Below are positions 37,908 to 47,300 of a stretch of 64,000 nucleotides of DNA, in pieces. Below the pieces are notes generated by a model, which saw only the letters and a program-made list of their open reading frames with translations, was not told the origin of the DNA and made no database searches. The position numbers and the translations under genes are program-made. Position 1 is the first letter of the stretch; each line of letters opens with the position of its first letter. The stretch lies in sequence record NC_041972.1; one strand, given 5' to 3'.

Positions 37908-37940
37908 CCTACATTACGGTAGTGATATGTTGTACAACAT
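37908..37940 (+). promoter_or_regulatory. Putative early promoter followed by a perfect 14-bp palindrome
   Basis: CCTACATTAC-ggta-GTGA, then ATGTTGTACAACAT at 37927-37940. Confidence 0.6.
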
Positions 37941-38033
37941 AAAACATATTAGTTGGGTATACTAAAGTTTTATTAGATCCACTACACTTTCGAATAGTGT
38001 TTTAGTATACAACCAACAACTTGGAGGTCCACT

Positions 38034-38105
38034 ATGGATCGTTTAATCATTTTCACCGGGGTAATCGTTACATTCGTCATTAGCATTGCGATGACTGTGA
38101 CGTAA
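38034..38105 (+). CDS. 23-aa hydrophobic peptide
   Basis: MDRLIIFTGVIVTFVISIAMTVT; strong GGAGGT RBS. Confidence 0.6.
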   Translation: MDRLIIFTGVIVTFVISIAMTVT

Positions 38106-38121
38106 CACAAAGGAGAGGGTT

Positions 38122-38535
38122 ATGAATCGCCCTACATTGACCGTTCGCGGCATGATCGATGAGCTATTAGCCGCTGCAAAAGCGCAACACCCAGATATAA
38201 CTCGACTGGCAATAAAGGTCGCATATATTCAGAATGAAAAAATTAAGTACATTGTGAATATCACCACCGCTACAGGAGTGATACCATTCACGGATGAAAG
38301 TCAGATGGATGTTATGGGAGTTGTCGAGCATGAGGTGGCAAAGATCACCGAACGCGAACGCAATAGACCCAACGTAGGCGAATTAGACATAGCCAGTAAC
38401 ACCACAATAAACCTGTATACGAAGTTTAGGCGCATCTTTGGGCCTCGACCCATTATCACAGTGAAATTGGGTTATCTTGATCCCGTCACCCCTAACGTCA
38501 ACAGGGTTACCGTGGAATTAGACTACACTTACTAA
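38122..38535 (+). CDS. Hypothetical protein
   Basis: 137 aa, AAGGAG RBS. Confidence 0.7.
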   Translation: MNRPTLTVRGMIDELLAAAKAQHPDITRLAIKVAYIQNEKIKYIVNITTATGVIPFTDESQMDVMGVVEHEVAKITERERNRPNVGELDIASNTTINLYTKFRRIFGPRPIITVKLGYLDPVTPNVNRVTVELDYTY

Positions 38536-38540
38536 AGGGT

Positions 38541-39125
38541 TTGACAATAATGTTAAACAAAATCATTACTGAGAATGTTGGACGCATCTCACTGAAGGTC
38601 TGGGATAACTGCGAAGATTATTTGCTTCGCGTCACCCAGGGGATTAAACGTGACATCATGCGGGAAATCAAAACGCATGGTGGTCGCACGCAATTCCGCG
38701 TCACTGTCCGTAACTCTCTCGGCTATAACAAGGCCGAGGGGATCTTTCACGATCTGCAAGTGGTGGTCACCTGTCTGGCCACTTCCAAAGAACTGAAAGA
38801 AACCGTGCGCCTGCCCGTCAGCAAAGACAACCCCCTGGCCATTATCCAGGGTACGTTAATGCATGCGGCGATCAAAGCCAACGCAGTGCGCAGCTACACC
38901 TCGATGAACTCACGGGCTGATGAAGTCCGTAAGACACTGAAGAGCAACCTGGATGACATGCTGAAAACGCACTCCACGGTCATCTCAGTGCATCAACACA
39001 AATCTGGCCATCCTGAAATTGCTGCGGAATTCATTCAAACTGACGGTCCTTCCATGGCCGCCTTATTTGAGAAACTTGCGCAGCACTCCCCATTGGGTGG
39101 TCTCTCAACACAACCTTCCATGTAA
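38541..39125 (+). CDS. Hypothetical protein
   Basis: 194 aa; start may be ATG at 38550. Confidence 0.7.
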   Translation: MTIMLNKIITENVGRISLKVWDNCEDYLLRVTQGIKRDIMREIKTHGGRTQFRVTVRNSLGYNKAEGIFHDLQVVVTCLATSKELKETVRLPVSKDNPLAIIQGTLMHAAIKANAVRSYTSMNSRADEVRKTLKSNLDDMLKTHSTVISVHQHKSGHPEIAAEFIQTDGPSMAALFEKLAQHSPLGGLSTQPSM

Positions 39126-39182
39126 GTTCTTGTAATCGGCTGGGCGGGTGAGTATCACCGCCTGGCTTTCCAGGAGTCTATT

Positions 39183-39683
39183 ATGAGCACCTTGCTTAGA
39201 GAACTCCTCTCTGGACCCGCAATTCCTTTCGGGTTGGTAATTGGTATACTCGTTTGGTTATTGCATGTGAAGCTGTCAAACAAATCACATCGACATGTTT
39301 ACGATGTGGTCGGTCATCAATTGGTTAATGATATCGAACACCTGTGCCGGGAACTAGCCAGCCCATCGGATCATCGGCGTTACATCAAAACCGATCTTCC
39401 ACCACAAGGTGATCAGATTAACTACCTGCGTAAGCACATCGAATCGCACCTTAAAGCGCGTGTAACTAAATACATCGATGCTGCTTGTTATAACGACAGG
39501 ACAGCCCGCAGACCACGGGCGAAGTTACACGTCAAGGTGGTTAACCTGGCGCATATGGGGCAAGGGCTTGAGATAAGTTTTAAACTAGGCCGAGGGATCT
39601 TCACCGATCACCGTACCTATTTTAAACCATCCACCTATGCCCATGTCAGTCTCTTCTTTAAAGATGAAGTTCTTTCCAAATAA
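39183..39683 (+). CDS. Hypothetical membrane-anchored protein
   Basis: 166 aa, AGGAG RBS, N-terminal TM. Confidence 0.7.
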   Translation: MSTLLRELLSGPAIPFGLVIGILVWLLHVKLSNKSHRHVYDVVGHQLVNDIEHLCRELASPSDHRRYIKTDLPPQGDQINYLRKHIESHLKARVTKYIDAACYNDRTARRPRAKLHVKVVNLAHMGQGLEISFKLGRGIFTDHRTYFKPSTYAHVSLFFKDEVLSK

Positions 39684-39695
39684 AGGAATCAGTAG

Positions 39696-41012
39696 ATGTC
39701 AAGCAAAAAAGCAGCCAAAGTCAATCCAAAGAAACAACACAAACAAGCTGTTGCGCAGCAGACGCAGCAGGTTAACGGTGACCTGGAATGGGCCCGTGGT
39801 ATCTTTAGCCATATCGACAGCTATTTTGTTCAGCAGGTGAATAACCTGGTGCACCGTCGTTATAAAGGCAGCGACAACTATCCGAAACATTTCGGTGCCC
39901 GTGTTGAGATCAATGAAAAACACGGTCGCTACGACATCCTGAAATTCCTGAGCTGGGATGAAGCCGGTGTGCTGGATGACTTCGGTAACCAGACCGGTGA
40001 GTTCGAACTCGGCTACGTGCATTTCCATCGCCTGAAAGAGATCTCGCAGGATGCACACAAAAACAACCGTCCGGTGGATATCGGCTGGGCGTATGTACCG
40101 CACGTTGATTTCGAACACTCCGTTGATGCGGCCATGAAAGCGGCAGCAAAACATGATCACTTCGAAGCGGCGGTGCGTGCACATCTGCAAGGCGCGCTCG
40201 ATGTCTATGCGACCCTGGTCGATGAACTCAAAGCTGAATACCAGCCTGAGAACGCAGACGGTCAATACGTTGGCGTGTGTTTCTACTTCAACCCAGAAAC
40301 CAACGTATTGGAATACGTGATGCAGAAACACGGCGTAACCGATCTGATCGACGGTAAAGCCTCTGAGCGTGACTTCCGTGACCTGCCGGCTGGCGCTGAA
40401 GTTACTGGCCCAATCGTGGTGGATGGCGATACGGACTTCCGTAACTACAACTCCTGCATGCTGCGTCTGGTCAGTGAAGTGGCGCGTTGGGAACGTATCA
40501 GTAAACCAAACAAAGAGTGCATGGAAACCGCAGCAACGGATCTGGTCGGTCGCATGATCACCAATGCCGAAGCGGCGTTTGAGAAAGCCAAAGAGAAAGC
40601 CGCTGCTGAAGGTATCACAGCAGATCTCTCTCTGCGTTACAATGGTCTGCGTGGTCTGCTGGAAGTGGTCTACAAAGATGAGCTGGGTAATACCGCGCTG
40701 GTTGATATCGGTATGGACGCAGCCGCTGTGCTGTTAATCATGACCCGTATCGAACCGGATCTGCAGATGTACGTCACCCCACGTTTCAATAAAGCCTTTG
40801 TTGAGCGTTTCGGTGCAGGTGACCAGCACGTCAAAAATGACAACGGTGATGTGATCGCCACCGAAGTCCCGGCGCGTGGCCTGACTGCTGACTTCCTCGC
40901 TTTTGATGAACTCGCTGTCACCAGTCAGGCGTCACCGGTACAGGAGCTGGATGATGCGTTTGATAAAGACGACGAACCGGCTGCTGATGAAAACTACGCC
41001 CTGAAGGCGTAA
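39696..41012 (+). CDS. Hypothetical protein
   Basis: 438 aa; basic N-terminus, acidic C-terminus; strongly biased codons. Confidence 0.8.
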   Translation: MSSKKAAKVNPKKQHKQAVAQQTQQVNGDLEWARGIFSHIDSYFVQQVNNLVHRRYKGSDNYPKHFGARVEINEKHGRYDILKFLSWDEAGVLDDFGNQTGEFELGYVHFHRLKEISQDAHKNNRPVDIGWAYVPHVDFEHSVDAAMKAAAKHDHFEAAVRAHLQGALDVYATLVDELKAEYQPENADGQYVGVCFYFNPETNVLEYVMQKHGVTDLIDGKASERDFRDLPAGAEVTGPIVVDGDTDFRNYNSCMLRLVSEVARWERISKPNKECMETAATDLVGRMITNAEAAFEKAKEKAAAEGITADLSLRYNGLRGLLEVVYKDELGNTALVDIGMDAAAVLLIMTRIEPDLQMYVTPRFNKAFVERFGAGDQHVKNDNGDVIATEVPARGLTADFLAFDELAVTSQASPVQELDDAFDKDDEPAADENYALKA

Positions 41013-41100
41013 GTTCGGTTATGGGGGAGGGCTTCGGCTCTCCCTTTTAACAGTTATCTTTCTTTTTTATTTGATTTTTTACAATGCAGATTTTTTCAGA

Positions 41101-41118
41101 CCTATATGACGGAAGTGA
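41101..41118 (+). promoter_or_regulatory. Putative early promoter (variant)
   Basis: CCTATATGAC-ggaa-GTGA. Confidence 0.5.
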
Positions 41119-41173
41119 ATAGAGCCAGTAGTCACTGACTCGACAATCTTAATTCACTTACGAGGTATAGATT

Positions 41174-41611
41174 ATGAAACTGAATAAACTGCGTTATGTT
41201 CTTTCTAAGGGATTCATTTCTCTTTGTGCCGACAACATCGAAGCCATGGGCATGGAAAGAGTTATCCGTATGGCCGAACGTCGTTACATGTTCGCTAACC
41301 CAAAAGCTGACGAAGTCGAAATCGACGAGTCTGATGTTAACCGTGCCCTTAGCATCGCTAAGAACAAAGATGCACGCTATGACCGTATTGCTAACCTGTA
41401 CTCTTGGTTGGCACGTAACATCTCTGGTGTTCGTAACACTGCGGCGTTAAACCGTGATGTAATGAAAAGCCTGTGGATGAGCTACCGCGGTTATATCACT
41501 GCAAACGCTCTGGAAGAACTGTGGGTGGTTACTAAGGTGTATGACAATGGTACTGACCTCGAAGTTGAGTTCAGTGAAGTTTGTGCCCTGATTGCCAACA
41601 GCGAAGTATAA
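41174..41611 (+). CDS. Hypothetical protein
   Basis: 145 aa, GAGGT RBS. Confidence 0.75.
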   Translation: MKLNKLRYVLSKGFISLCADNIEAMGMERVIRMAERRYMFANPKADEVEIDESDVNRALSIAKNKDARYDRIANLYSWLARNISGVRNTAALNRDVMKSLWMSYRGYITANALEELWVVTKVYDNGTDLEVEFSEVCALIANSEV

Positions 41612-41621
41612 GGAGCACATT

Positions 41622-42107
41622 ATGTCAAACGGGGTAATGTGGATGATGCTAGCGGCCTGTATCGCTATCGGCTTCAAGATTATCGGTACGGCCTTATCTT
41701 CCCCGGCCTCGACCGTTGCAGATCTAAAACGCTGGGCTTCTATTAAGACACCAGATTTCATTGATGCGGCTTTCACCGGGGAAACGATGTATTGCATTAC
41801 TGAGCGTACTGCTAAACGCCATTTGGAACTTTATGGTCCAGACGGTATCGTAGGTATGTACAGTGATGTGTTTGATGAACTTAGACAATGTACCACTATG
41901 GACGGGTGGTTAATCGACGGTAGGATTGTCGACAATAAAAACGGAGCAGTACAGATCGCCTTGAACATGACCCGCAACGAAGTGGTTCTCAATAAAGCAT
42001 ACGTTGTCCCATACTTGCAAATCCTGCGAGTCACCGACACGTTCTCTCCTGAGATTCTCCGTCGTTCTGTTCGTGATGTTCAGGTTATTAATGCAAATGT
42101 TGTTTGA
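41622..42107 (+). CDS. Hypothetical membrane-anchored protein
   Basis: 161 aa from ATG after AAGGAG; N-terminal TM. Confidence 0.7.
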   Translation: MSNGVMWMMLAACIAIGFKIIGTALSSPASTVADLKRWASIKTPDFIDAAFTGETMYCITERTAKRHLELYGPDGIVGMYSDVFDELRQCTTMDGWLIDGRIVDNKNGAVQIALNMTRNEVVLNKAYVVPYLQILRVTDTFSPEILRRSVRDVQVINANVV

Positions 42108-42121
42108 TCCCTCCGAATTTT

Positions 42122-42150
42122 AGGCCAGGTGCAAACCTGGCCTTTATGCC
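42122..42150 (+). terminator. Hairpin terminator with TTTATGCC tail
   Basis: AGGCCAGGT-GCAA-ACCTGGCCT TTATGCC. Confidence 0.75.
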
Positions 42151-42322
42151 GGCCTGGGAATGGTACCCGTTATGCCACTATCAATTAACCAAAATGTAGA
42201 AATGGTAGATTGGCCTAACCAAGGGCCAACTACCTAGCCGTCATACTGCGCTGGGGGTTCGATGTAACCCCCAGGCAACCCTTATCTATTTAACCTAATT
42301 TAACACCAGGGAATTTACTAAA

Positions 42323-42487
42323 ATGGCTTTTATCAAATCACTGTTCCATAAAGCGTCTTCTACTACTCCTGTTAACATCAGCGTAATCGAAGCCCAGCTG
42401 GAAGAGACCCAACGTATCCTGAACCGTTTAAACAAACATCAGACATCAACCGTCCGTGGCGAACGTACTCGCCACAATCACCACTGA
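42323..42487 (+). CDS. 54-aa hypothetical peptide (below ORF-track cutoff)
   Basis: MAFIKSLFHKASSTTPVNISVIEAQLEETQRILNRLNKHQTSTVRGERTRHNHH; CAGGGA upstream. Confidence 0.5.
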   Translation: MAFIKSLFHKASSTTPVNISVIEAQLEETQRILNRLNKHQTSTVRGERTRHNHH

Positions 42488-42533
42488 GTGGTGTGCACGA
42501 AAGCAAGAAAAGTGTAGTGCAGAAAATCTCACA

Positions 42534-42551
42534 CCTATATAACCTGGGTGA
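42534..42551 (+). promoter_or_regulatory. Putative early promoter (variant)
   Basis: CCTATATAAC-ctgg-GTGA. Confidence 0.55.
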
Positions 42552-42612
42552 TATACAGTAGTAAATCAATTGCAGTAACCAACTTAACCTAATTGTCTTG
42601 TGAGGTATTATC

Positions 42613-43242
42613 ATGTCAAACGTACTCGAACTGAACACAACTCCTTCTAACCCGGCAATGGCTGAAGCTTTCCGTAAAGCAGCAACCAAGGATCTCTCGC
42701 CGGAACTGGGCGGTGATACCTTACAAGCCGAATTAGCAAACATGGAACGTGCAAAAACTGAGCCTGAATCAAACACTGCACGTCTGGCCAAAACCTTAGC
42801 GGGCATGACTTCTTCTGTGAAGGACATGAACGAGACGCTGCACGAAGCAGCAGGAGAGAACACCATGCATCACACTGATGGCGCTGATAACATGTTCAGC
42901 GAAGTAGAAGAAATGATCGAACCTGAATTCACCGGCAGTCACAGTCGTGTCAAAGCCATGGCACTGACTGCAGTGGGTTCAATGATTGCCTCGACTGCAG
43001 TTGCGGCGCTCTTCACACAGGACAGCAAGACTGTCAAGTCAGTTGCGGTAACGGGTCTGTTAACCACCGGCATGCTGGTTGGTATGGAAGCGGTTCAGGC
43101 TAAACGTAATCCGACGATGGCGGATCGTCTGGTCATGGGCAAGAAACGTGCCGCCAAGTTACTTGGTGGTGGTCTGGCAATCGGTGCGGCAACCATGTCA
43201 ATCGGTTTAACTGTAGGTCGTATCTTTAACTCCGGAGAGTAA
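42613..43242 (+). CDS. Hypothetical protein with small-residue-rich hydrophobic helices
   Basis: 209 aa, GAGGT RBS; three A/G/V/T-rich C-terminal helices. Confidence 0.75.
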   Translation: MSNVLELNTTPSNPAMAEAFRKAATKDLSPELGGDTLQAELANMERAKTEPESNTARLAKTLAGMTSSVKDMNETLHEAAGENTMHHTDGADNMFSEVEEMIEPEFTGSHSRVKAMALTAVGSMIASTAVAALFTQDSKTVKSVAVTGLLTTGMLVGMEAVQAKRNPTMADRLVMGKKRAAKLLGGGLAIGAATMSIGLTVGRIFNSGE

Positions 43243-43243
43243 C

Positions 43244-43624
43244 ATGAGCCAGTTATTCGATAGTATCGAAGACGTCGTCGAACCAGTAGTCGATCTGAAT
43301 GTGGCGAAACGTACCCTGATGTTAGCATCCGGGGTACGAGCTGTGGCACTGGCAGTGGGTGTCGGTGTCGGCGCTGCTGCCATGAAGATCAAACCTTCAA
43401 CTGCGGTGAAAGCCGCAGTGATCCCAGCGGTGATCGAACTCGGTGCAACTTACCTCGGGGTGAGTCGTGCCAGCGAAGTCGAGATCCTGGATAAAGAAGC
43501 AACTGTCAGCAACAAATCACACCTCAACGATGCAGCCGTCAATTTCATTGCCGGTGCCGTTGCCATTGTAGGCGGTGCAGTGATTGCCCGTGTACTCAAA
43601 GGGCCGGAAACACCGGCTGAATAA
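43244..43624 (+). CDS. Hypothetical hydrophobic protein (VEP..AKRTLM family)
   Basis: 126 aa, GGAG RBS; three hydrophobic helices. Confidence 0.75.
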   Translation: MSQLFDSIEDVVEPVVDLNVAKRTLMLASGVRAVALAVGVGVGAAAMKIKPSTAVKAAVIPAVIELGATYLGVSRASEVEILDKEATVSNKSHLNDAAVNFIAGAVAIVGGAVIARVLKGPETPAE

Positions 43625-43639
43625 TCCCAGTAAAGGAAC

Positions 43640-43834
43640 ATGACCATGTTTAACAAAACCTGCGAACAGAAAGAGCCAGCTTGTGAAGTCACCATCAATC
43701 TTAACGTACAGATCGTAGGCATGGCCGTGGGTTGTGTTCTTGCGCAGAGTGAGAACACCATGGTCAAAGCCGGTGGCGTGGGCTTGGTAGCCGCGTCCTT
43801 CCTGGGCATGATTAAGAAACTGTCTAAACTGTAA
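43640..43834 (+). CDS. Small hydrophobic protein with glycine-zipper-like helices
   Basis: 64 aa, AAGGA RBS; IVGMAVGCVL, AGGVGLVAASFLG. Confidence 0.65.
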   Translation: MTMFNKTCEQKEPACEVTINLNVQIVGMAVGCVLAQSENTMVKAGGVGLVAASFLGMIKKLSKL

Positions 43835-43900
43835 TTCCTTGTAGTAACCAAACCCAATCAAACTCACTGTAATTAACCTAACTGTAAAAGAGAGAATATC

Positions 43901-44200
43901 ATGGAAAACATCAACGCATCTGCAATCAACGAAACTGCTAAAACTGCCGGCGCTACTGTTGAAGGTATCGTAAAAGAAACCATGTTCGCGAAAGTGGCAG
44001 AAGCTGTCGAACCAACTGTTGCGAAGAAGATCGCCAAACGCACCCTGATGGCAGGCGGCGTGTTAGCGCTCTGTGGTCTGGGTTACTTCGGCTACCGTGC
44101 GCTGAAGAAAACCAAAGCAGTCGTAATCATCACCGAAGGCGATGCAGCTAACGAAACCACCACTGACACCACCGTGGTAGCAGACGACACTGCTGCGTAA
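43901..44200 (+). CDS. Hypothetical membrane protein (VEP..AKRTLM family)
   Basis: 99 aa; VEPTVAKKIAKRTLMAGGVLALCGLGYFGY. Confidence 0.75.
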   Translation: MENINASAINETAKTAGATVEGIVKETMFAKVAEAVEPTVAKKIAKRTLMAGGVLALCGLGYFGYRALKKTKAVVIITEGDAANETTTDTTVVADDTAA

Positions 44201-44270
44201 TTTTGTGAGGGCTAGGATATCCTAGCCCTTTCCTTTCTCACTCTTTTTTTTTGTTAAAGTAGGGACGCCC

Positions 44271-44741
44271 ATGCATGCAATCACAACCGGTACCGTCGCT
44301 ATTCTGATCTTCATCACCTTCTTGTTTATTTCAGAATGGCGATTAAAGGTAAGTAAGAACCTTATCTTCAAAGAAGTCACCCGAATCGCGTACTCGATTA
44401 TTCGCTATACCGACGTCAAGCAGATCACCCCGGAGATCTACCTTATTGCGGCTGAACTACAAAACCGCATGGTAAAGGTAGGGAACTTCAGCGTGACCGA
44501 GAAGGACCGGGAAGTCGCCATGACGATTGCCAAGTACATTTCAATCTTTGGCAACCAGCGGGTGCGTGATCCGGTTATCCTGTTGCACGTGATCGCCAGA
44601 CGGCTAAATGAGTTCGATGGGATATCCGCTAAATCGCTGGTCTCCACCAATGGCCGCCTGGAACTCGTTATAGGACGTGATGACGCCACAGACTATGATC
44701 GGGTCATCTATCGCTTCAACTCCCCGCAGACGCTCTTCTAG
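44271..44741 (+). CDS. Hypothetical membrane-anchored protein
   Basis: 156 aa, AGGGA RBS, N-terminal TM. Confidence 0.7.
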   Translation: MHAITTGTVAILIFITFLFISEWRLKVSKNLIFKEVTRIAYSIIRYTDVKQITPEIYLIAAELQNRMVKVGNFSVTEKDREVAMTIAKYISIFGNQRVRDPVILLHVIARRLNEFDGISAKSLVSTNGRLELVIGRDDATDYDRVIYRFNSPQTLF

Positions 44742-44777
44742 GCCGGCATAAGGGGCAGGGTTTCCCCCGCCCACTTA

Positions 44778-45416
44778 TTAACTGGTTAACCGTGCTTCGT
44801 AATCCGCAATGATCGTGCGTAACTGGGCAATGGTGTTGTTGGCTTCCAGCAATTGTGCGTGTTCCGTTGTCCGGCGTTTAATGGCGTTCAAACGGTTCTG
44901 CTCGGCCAATCGATATTGCTCAGCCGTCACAGCATTAGTAGAAGGAGCCACCGCAATCGCAATGGTAGGTTCTATCCCGATCAAATCACTGATCGCTGCT
45001 TTAATCACATCTTGTGTTTGTTGCAATTGATCAATGATCACCGACGGCACTGCACCCAGCGACATCGACATGACAATGTACTGATATTGAATTGCCGAGT
45101 CATCAGGGAACTGGGTGATGTACGTACTGGGGATGTAGATCGGGGTACGACCTACCGCGCTTAAGGTGATGATGTTTGCCGCCACCAATACATCCGCATC
45201 CATGTCCGCTTGCTTTAACCCCACCGGGGTATAGACACGCGCCAGAATGTCGACGCCTAAAGCCTGGAGCTCCTGGAAGGTACGAATGGCTTGCACGGTA
45301 TAGATCACACCTGGATCAACCCGAGCAAAATCCGTGACGTTGGCCGCACCCATATACGGGGTGGCGACTTTGAACAACCCCTTCGTTAGAATGGGTGGGG
45401 TTAATGACGTTGCCAT
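44778..45416 (-). CDS. Putative virion structural protein
   Basis: 212 aa, AAGGAG RBS, C-terminal coiled coil; in operon with 45427-46740. Confidence 0.6.
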   Translation of the reverse strand: MATSLTPPILTKGLFKVATPYMGAANVTDFARVDPGVIYTVQAIRTFQELQALGVDILARVYTPVGLKQADMDADVLVAANIITLSAVGRTPIYIPSTYITQFPDDSAIQYQYIVMSMSLGAVPSVIIDQLQQTQDVIKAAISDLIGIEPTIAIAVAPSTNAVTAEQYRLAEQNRLNAIKRRTTEHAQLLEANNTIAQLRTIIADYEARLTS

Positions 45417-45426
45417 GGACTACTCC

Positions 45427-46740
45427 TTATGTGTACAGTGACTCAACATAAGGTTTCGCCACGACTAAAAACTTAATGCCATTAACAGACTTCGCTGCAC
45501 AGATTACACCGTCGCGCACCACGCGGGAGATCTCTGATGGCAACTCACTGAACTCCGACATGGTCTCAGCGGCGATCAGCATCTGTTGCATGGCAAAGAT
45601 AAACGCCTGGGTCTCTGGTGAGATCCGGTCAAACTCCACATTGTCAGACGGCAGCAGGGCGTAATCCGGGTAGAGCTCTTTCAGCTTGATCTGGCCACCG
45701 CGGTTAGTCGGTTTCGCCACACTGTAGAGTGCCAGGGATTTATGCAACGCCGGGAAGACCTGCAGTGACGCTTTGATGTGATCTGCCGGATACCACTTCA
45801 TTACCTTGGTCGGCATCTCCAGCATTGTTTCATAATCCACAACCGGAGAGTTGGTGCCCGTTTCGGTGGTTTTGTTAGGAATGCTATAGGAGCGCCAGTC
45901 AGGTGCAATGACATACTCGATCGGGTTAAAAAGATCAGGGATGACTAACGCCCACTCATCTTCACCGAACTTTGAGTTTGCCAGGATATCGGCTTTCAGC
46001 AACTCATAGATCGCATCATCGTTGTTACCGTTCTTACCGTAACCGACGATGGTGAAATATCCCGTCTGCCATTTACTGGTATTCTCTTTGTCGTAGATCT
46101 TGAATTCAATATCACGAACAAAGGTCGGCGGATTAATGCCCATGATGGCATTAATGTTCTTGGCGATATCGCCTTTCGTTACCGAATCGATTGCAGTTTT
46201 TGCTGTTGCGTAATCTTCGTGCAACACATCAATTTGGCTCAATGGGACAGGATAGTCAGCAAAGAGTTCATAGCGCGGGTAGCTCAGCTCGAACGACTCA
46301 TCAGATAACCAAATCTTGATGGTGTTGTCATCGCTGCCACTCAGTTTACCTGAGACCCATTCAGGCGCCCAGTACTTACCGTCAGTGATCATGTCACCGA
46401 TTGCTAAGTTTTCCCATGACGTATCGAAGTCTGCTTTGATCTGCTGCAGCGCAATCGTCTTGTCATTGGTGAAACGACCATCAGCAATACGCACGAGCAT
46501 CCACGCCTGCAAACTAAGGATTGCCAGACTGTAAGTATTCGCTAATTGGAACGCTACGTTATTCTCATCAACTGCTGTGAAAACAAGTAGAGCAGTACCT
46601 GGTTTATCCGTGTTAGTGTACGTCCCAATATCCCGTGAAAAAGACATTGAGAGTTGCGATATTTCGCCAATGGGGTTAGTAACACCTTTCTGGTTGTTAT
46701 TCAGTGACGGATACACCGAAAACCCTAAGATCGTTTTCAT
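45427..46740 (-). CDS. Putative virion structural (tail/baseplate) protein
   Basis: 437 aa from ATG after AAGGG; phiKZ-like core context. Confidence 0.6.
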   Translation of the reverse strand: MKTILGFSVYPSLNNNQKGVTNPIGEISQLSMSFSRDIGTYTNTDKPGTALLVFTAVDENNVAFQLANTYSLAILSLQAWMLVRIADGRFTNDKTIALQQIKADFDTSWENLAIGDMITDGKYWAPEWVSGKLSGSDDNTIKIWLSDESFELSYPRYELFADYPVPLSQIDVLHEDYATAKTAIDSVTKGDIAKNINAIMGINPPTFVRDIEFKIYDKENTSKWQTGYFTIVGYGKNGNNDDAIYELLKADILANSKFGEDEWALVIPDLFNPIEYVIAPDWRSYSIPNKTTETGTNSPVVDYETMLEMPTKVMKWYPADHIKASLQVFPALHKSLALYSVAKPTNRGGQIKLKELYPDYALLPSDNVEFDRISPETQAFIFAMQQMLIAAETMSEFSELPSEISRVVRDGVICAAKSVNGIKFLVVAKPYVESLYT

Positions 46741-46818
46741 AGCTCGCCCTTTACATGGGATGGGATTAAGATACATAACATTTAACACAGTGTACGAGGG
46801 CCTGTAGGGAGACGAGAC

Positions 46819-47226
46819 GTGTTGTGGTTAAAGCTATTCTTTTGGAGTCTTCCTTTCATAAAAAAGCGGTCAAAGACTTTCATGGCCGATGGAGCGACTC
46901 GTTATAATGCATCGAAAAAAGCACGGGGTTGGTTCTACGCTATTTCGATGTCATTCTTTCTATTCCTTGGCATCCTTACCTGGGGCTACCGCCAGTATGA
47001 CTACCTGTCCAAACAGAACCGTCATATGACTGAAGAGATCTCCCAGCTTAAAGGTCGCATCAACATCTACCCTACTCTTTCTGATACAATTGAACAGAAC
47101 CGTTTGTTATTGACACAAAACCATGATCTTGCAGAGGAACTCATTAAAACTCGTCAAAACAATAACGAGTTATATAAAGAGAACCAAAAACTGCAAAGTC
47201 AGCTTGAAAAAGCATTAGGTAAATGA
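46819..47226 (+). CDS. Membrane-anchored coiled-coil protein
   Basis: 135 aa; central TM then ~75-aa heptad region (type II topology, spanin-like architecture). Confidence 0.65.
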   Translation: MLWLKLFFWSLPFIKKRSKTFMADGATRYNASKKARGWFYAISMSFFLFLGILTWGYRQYDYLSKQNRHMTEEISQLKGRINIYPTLSDTIEQNRLLLTQNHDLAEELIKTRQNNNELYKENQKLQSQLEKALGK

Positions 47227-47300
47227 TGAACACCCGTTTTGGTAATTTATTACGTAGTTGATCAATTATAAGAGAGATATTGTTTATTCGAGGGTGTTTC

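Noticed and set aside
37957-38015. Canonical tRNA gene suggested by a TTCGAAT loop and ACCA
   Set aside because: No D or anticodon arm, no G-C T-stem closure and a 10-bp acceptor-like stem; kept only as a speculative structure.
42250-42275. tRNA suggested by GGTTCGAT
   Set aside because: It lies in a simple 9-bp hairpin and no cloverleaf can be drawn.
46819-47226. Definite holin or i-spanin call
   Set aside because: The topology fits an i-spanin, but no overlapping o-spanin lipoprotein or adjacent endolysin was found.
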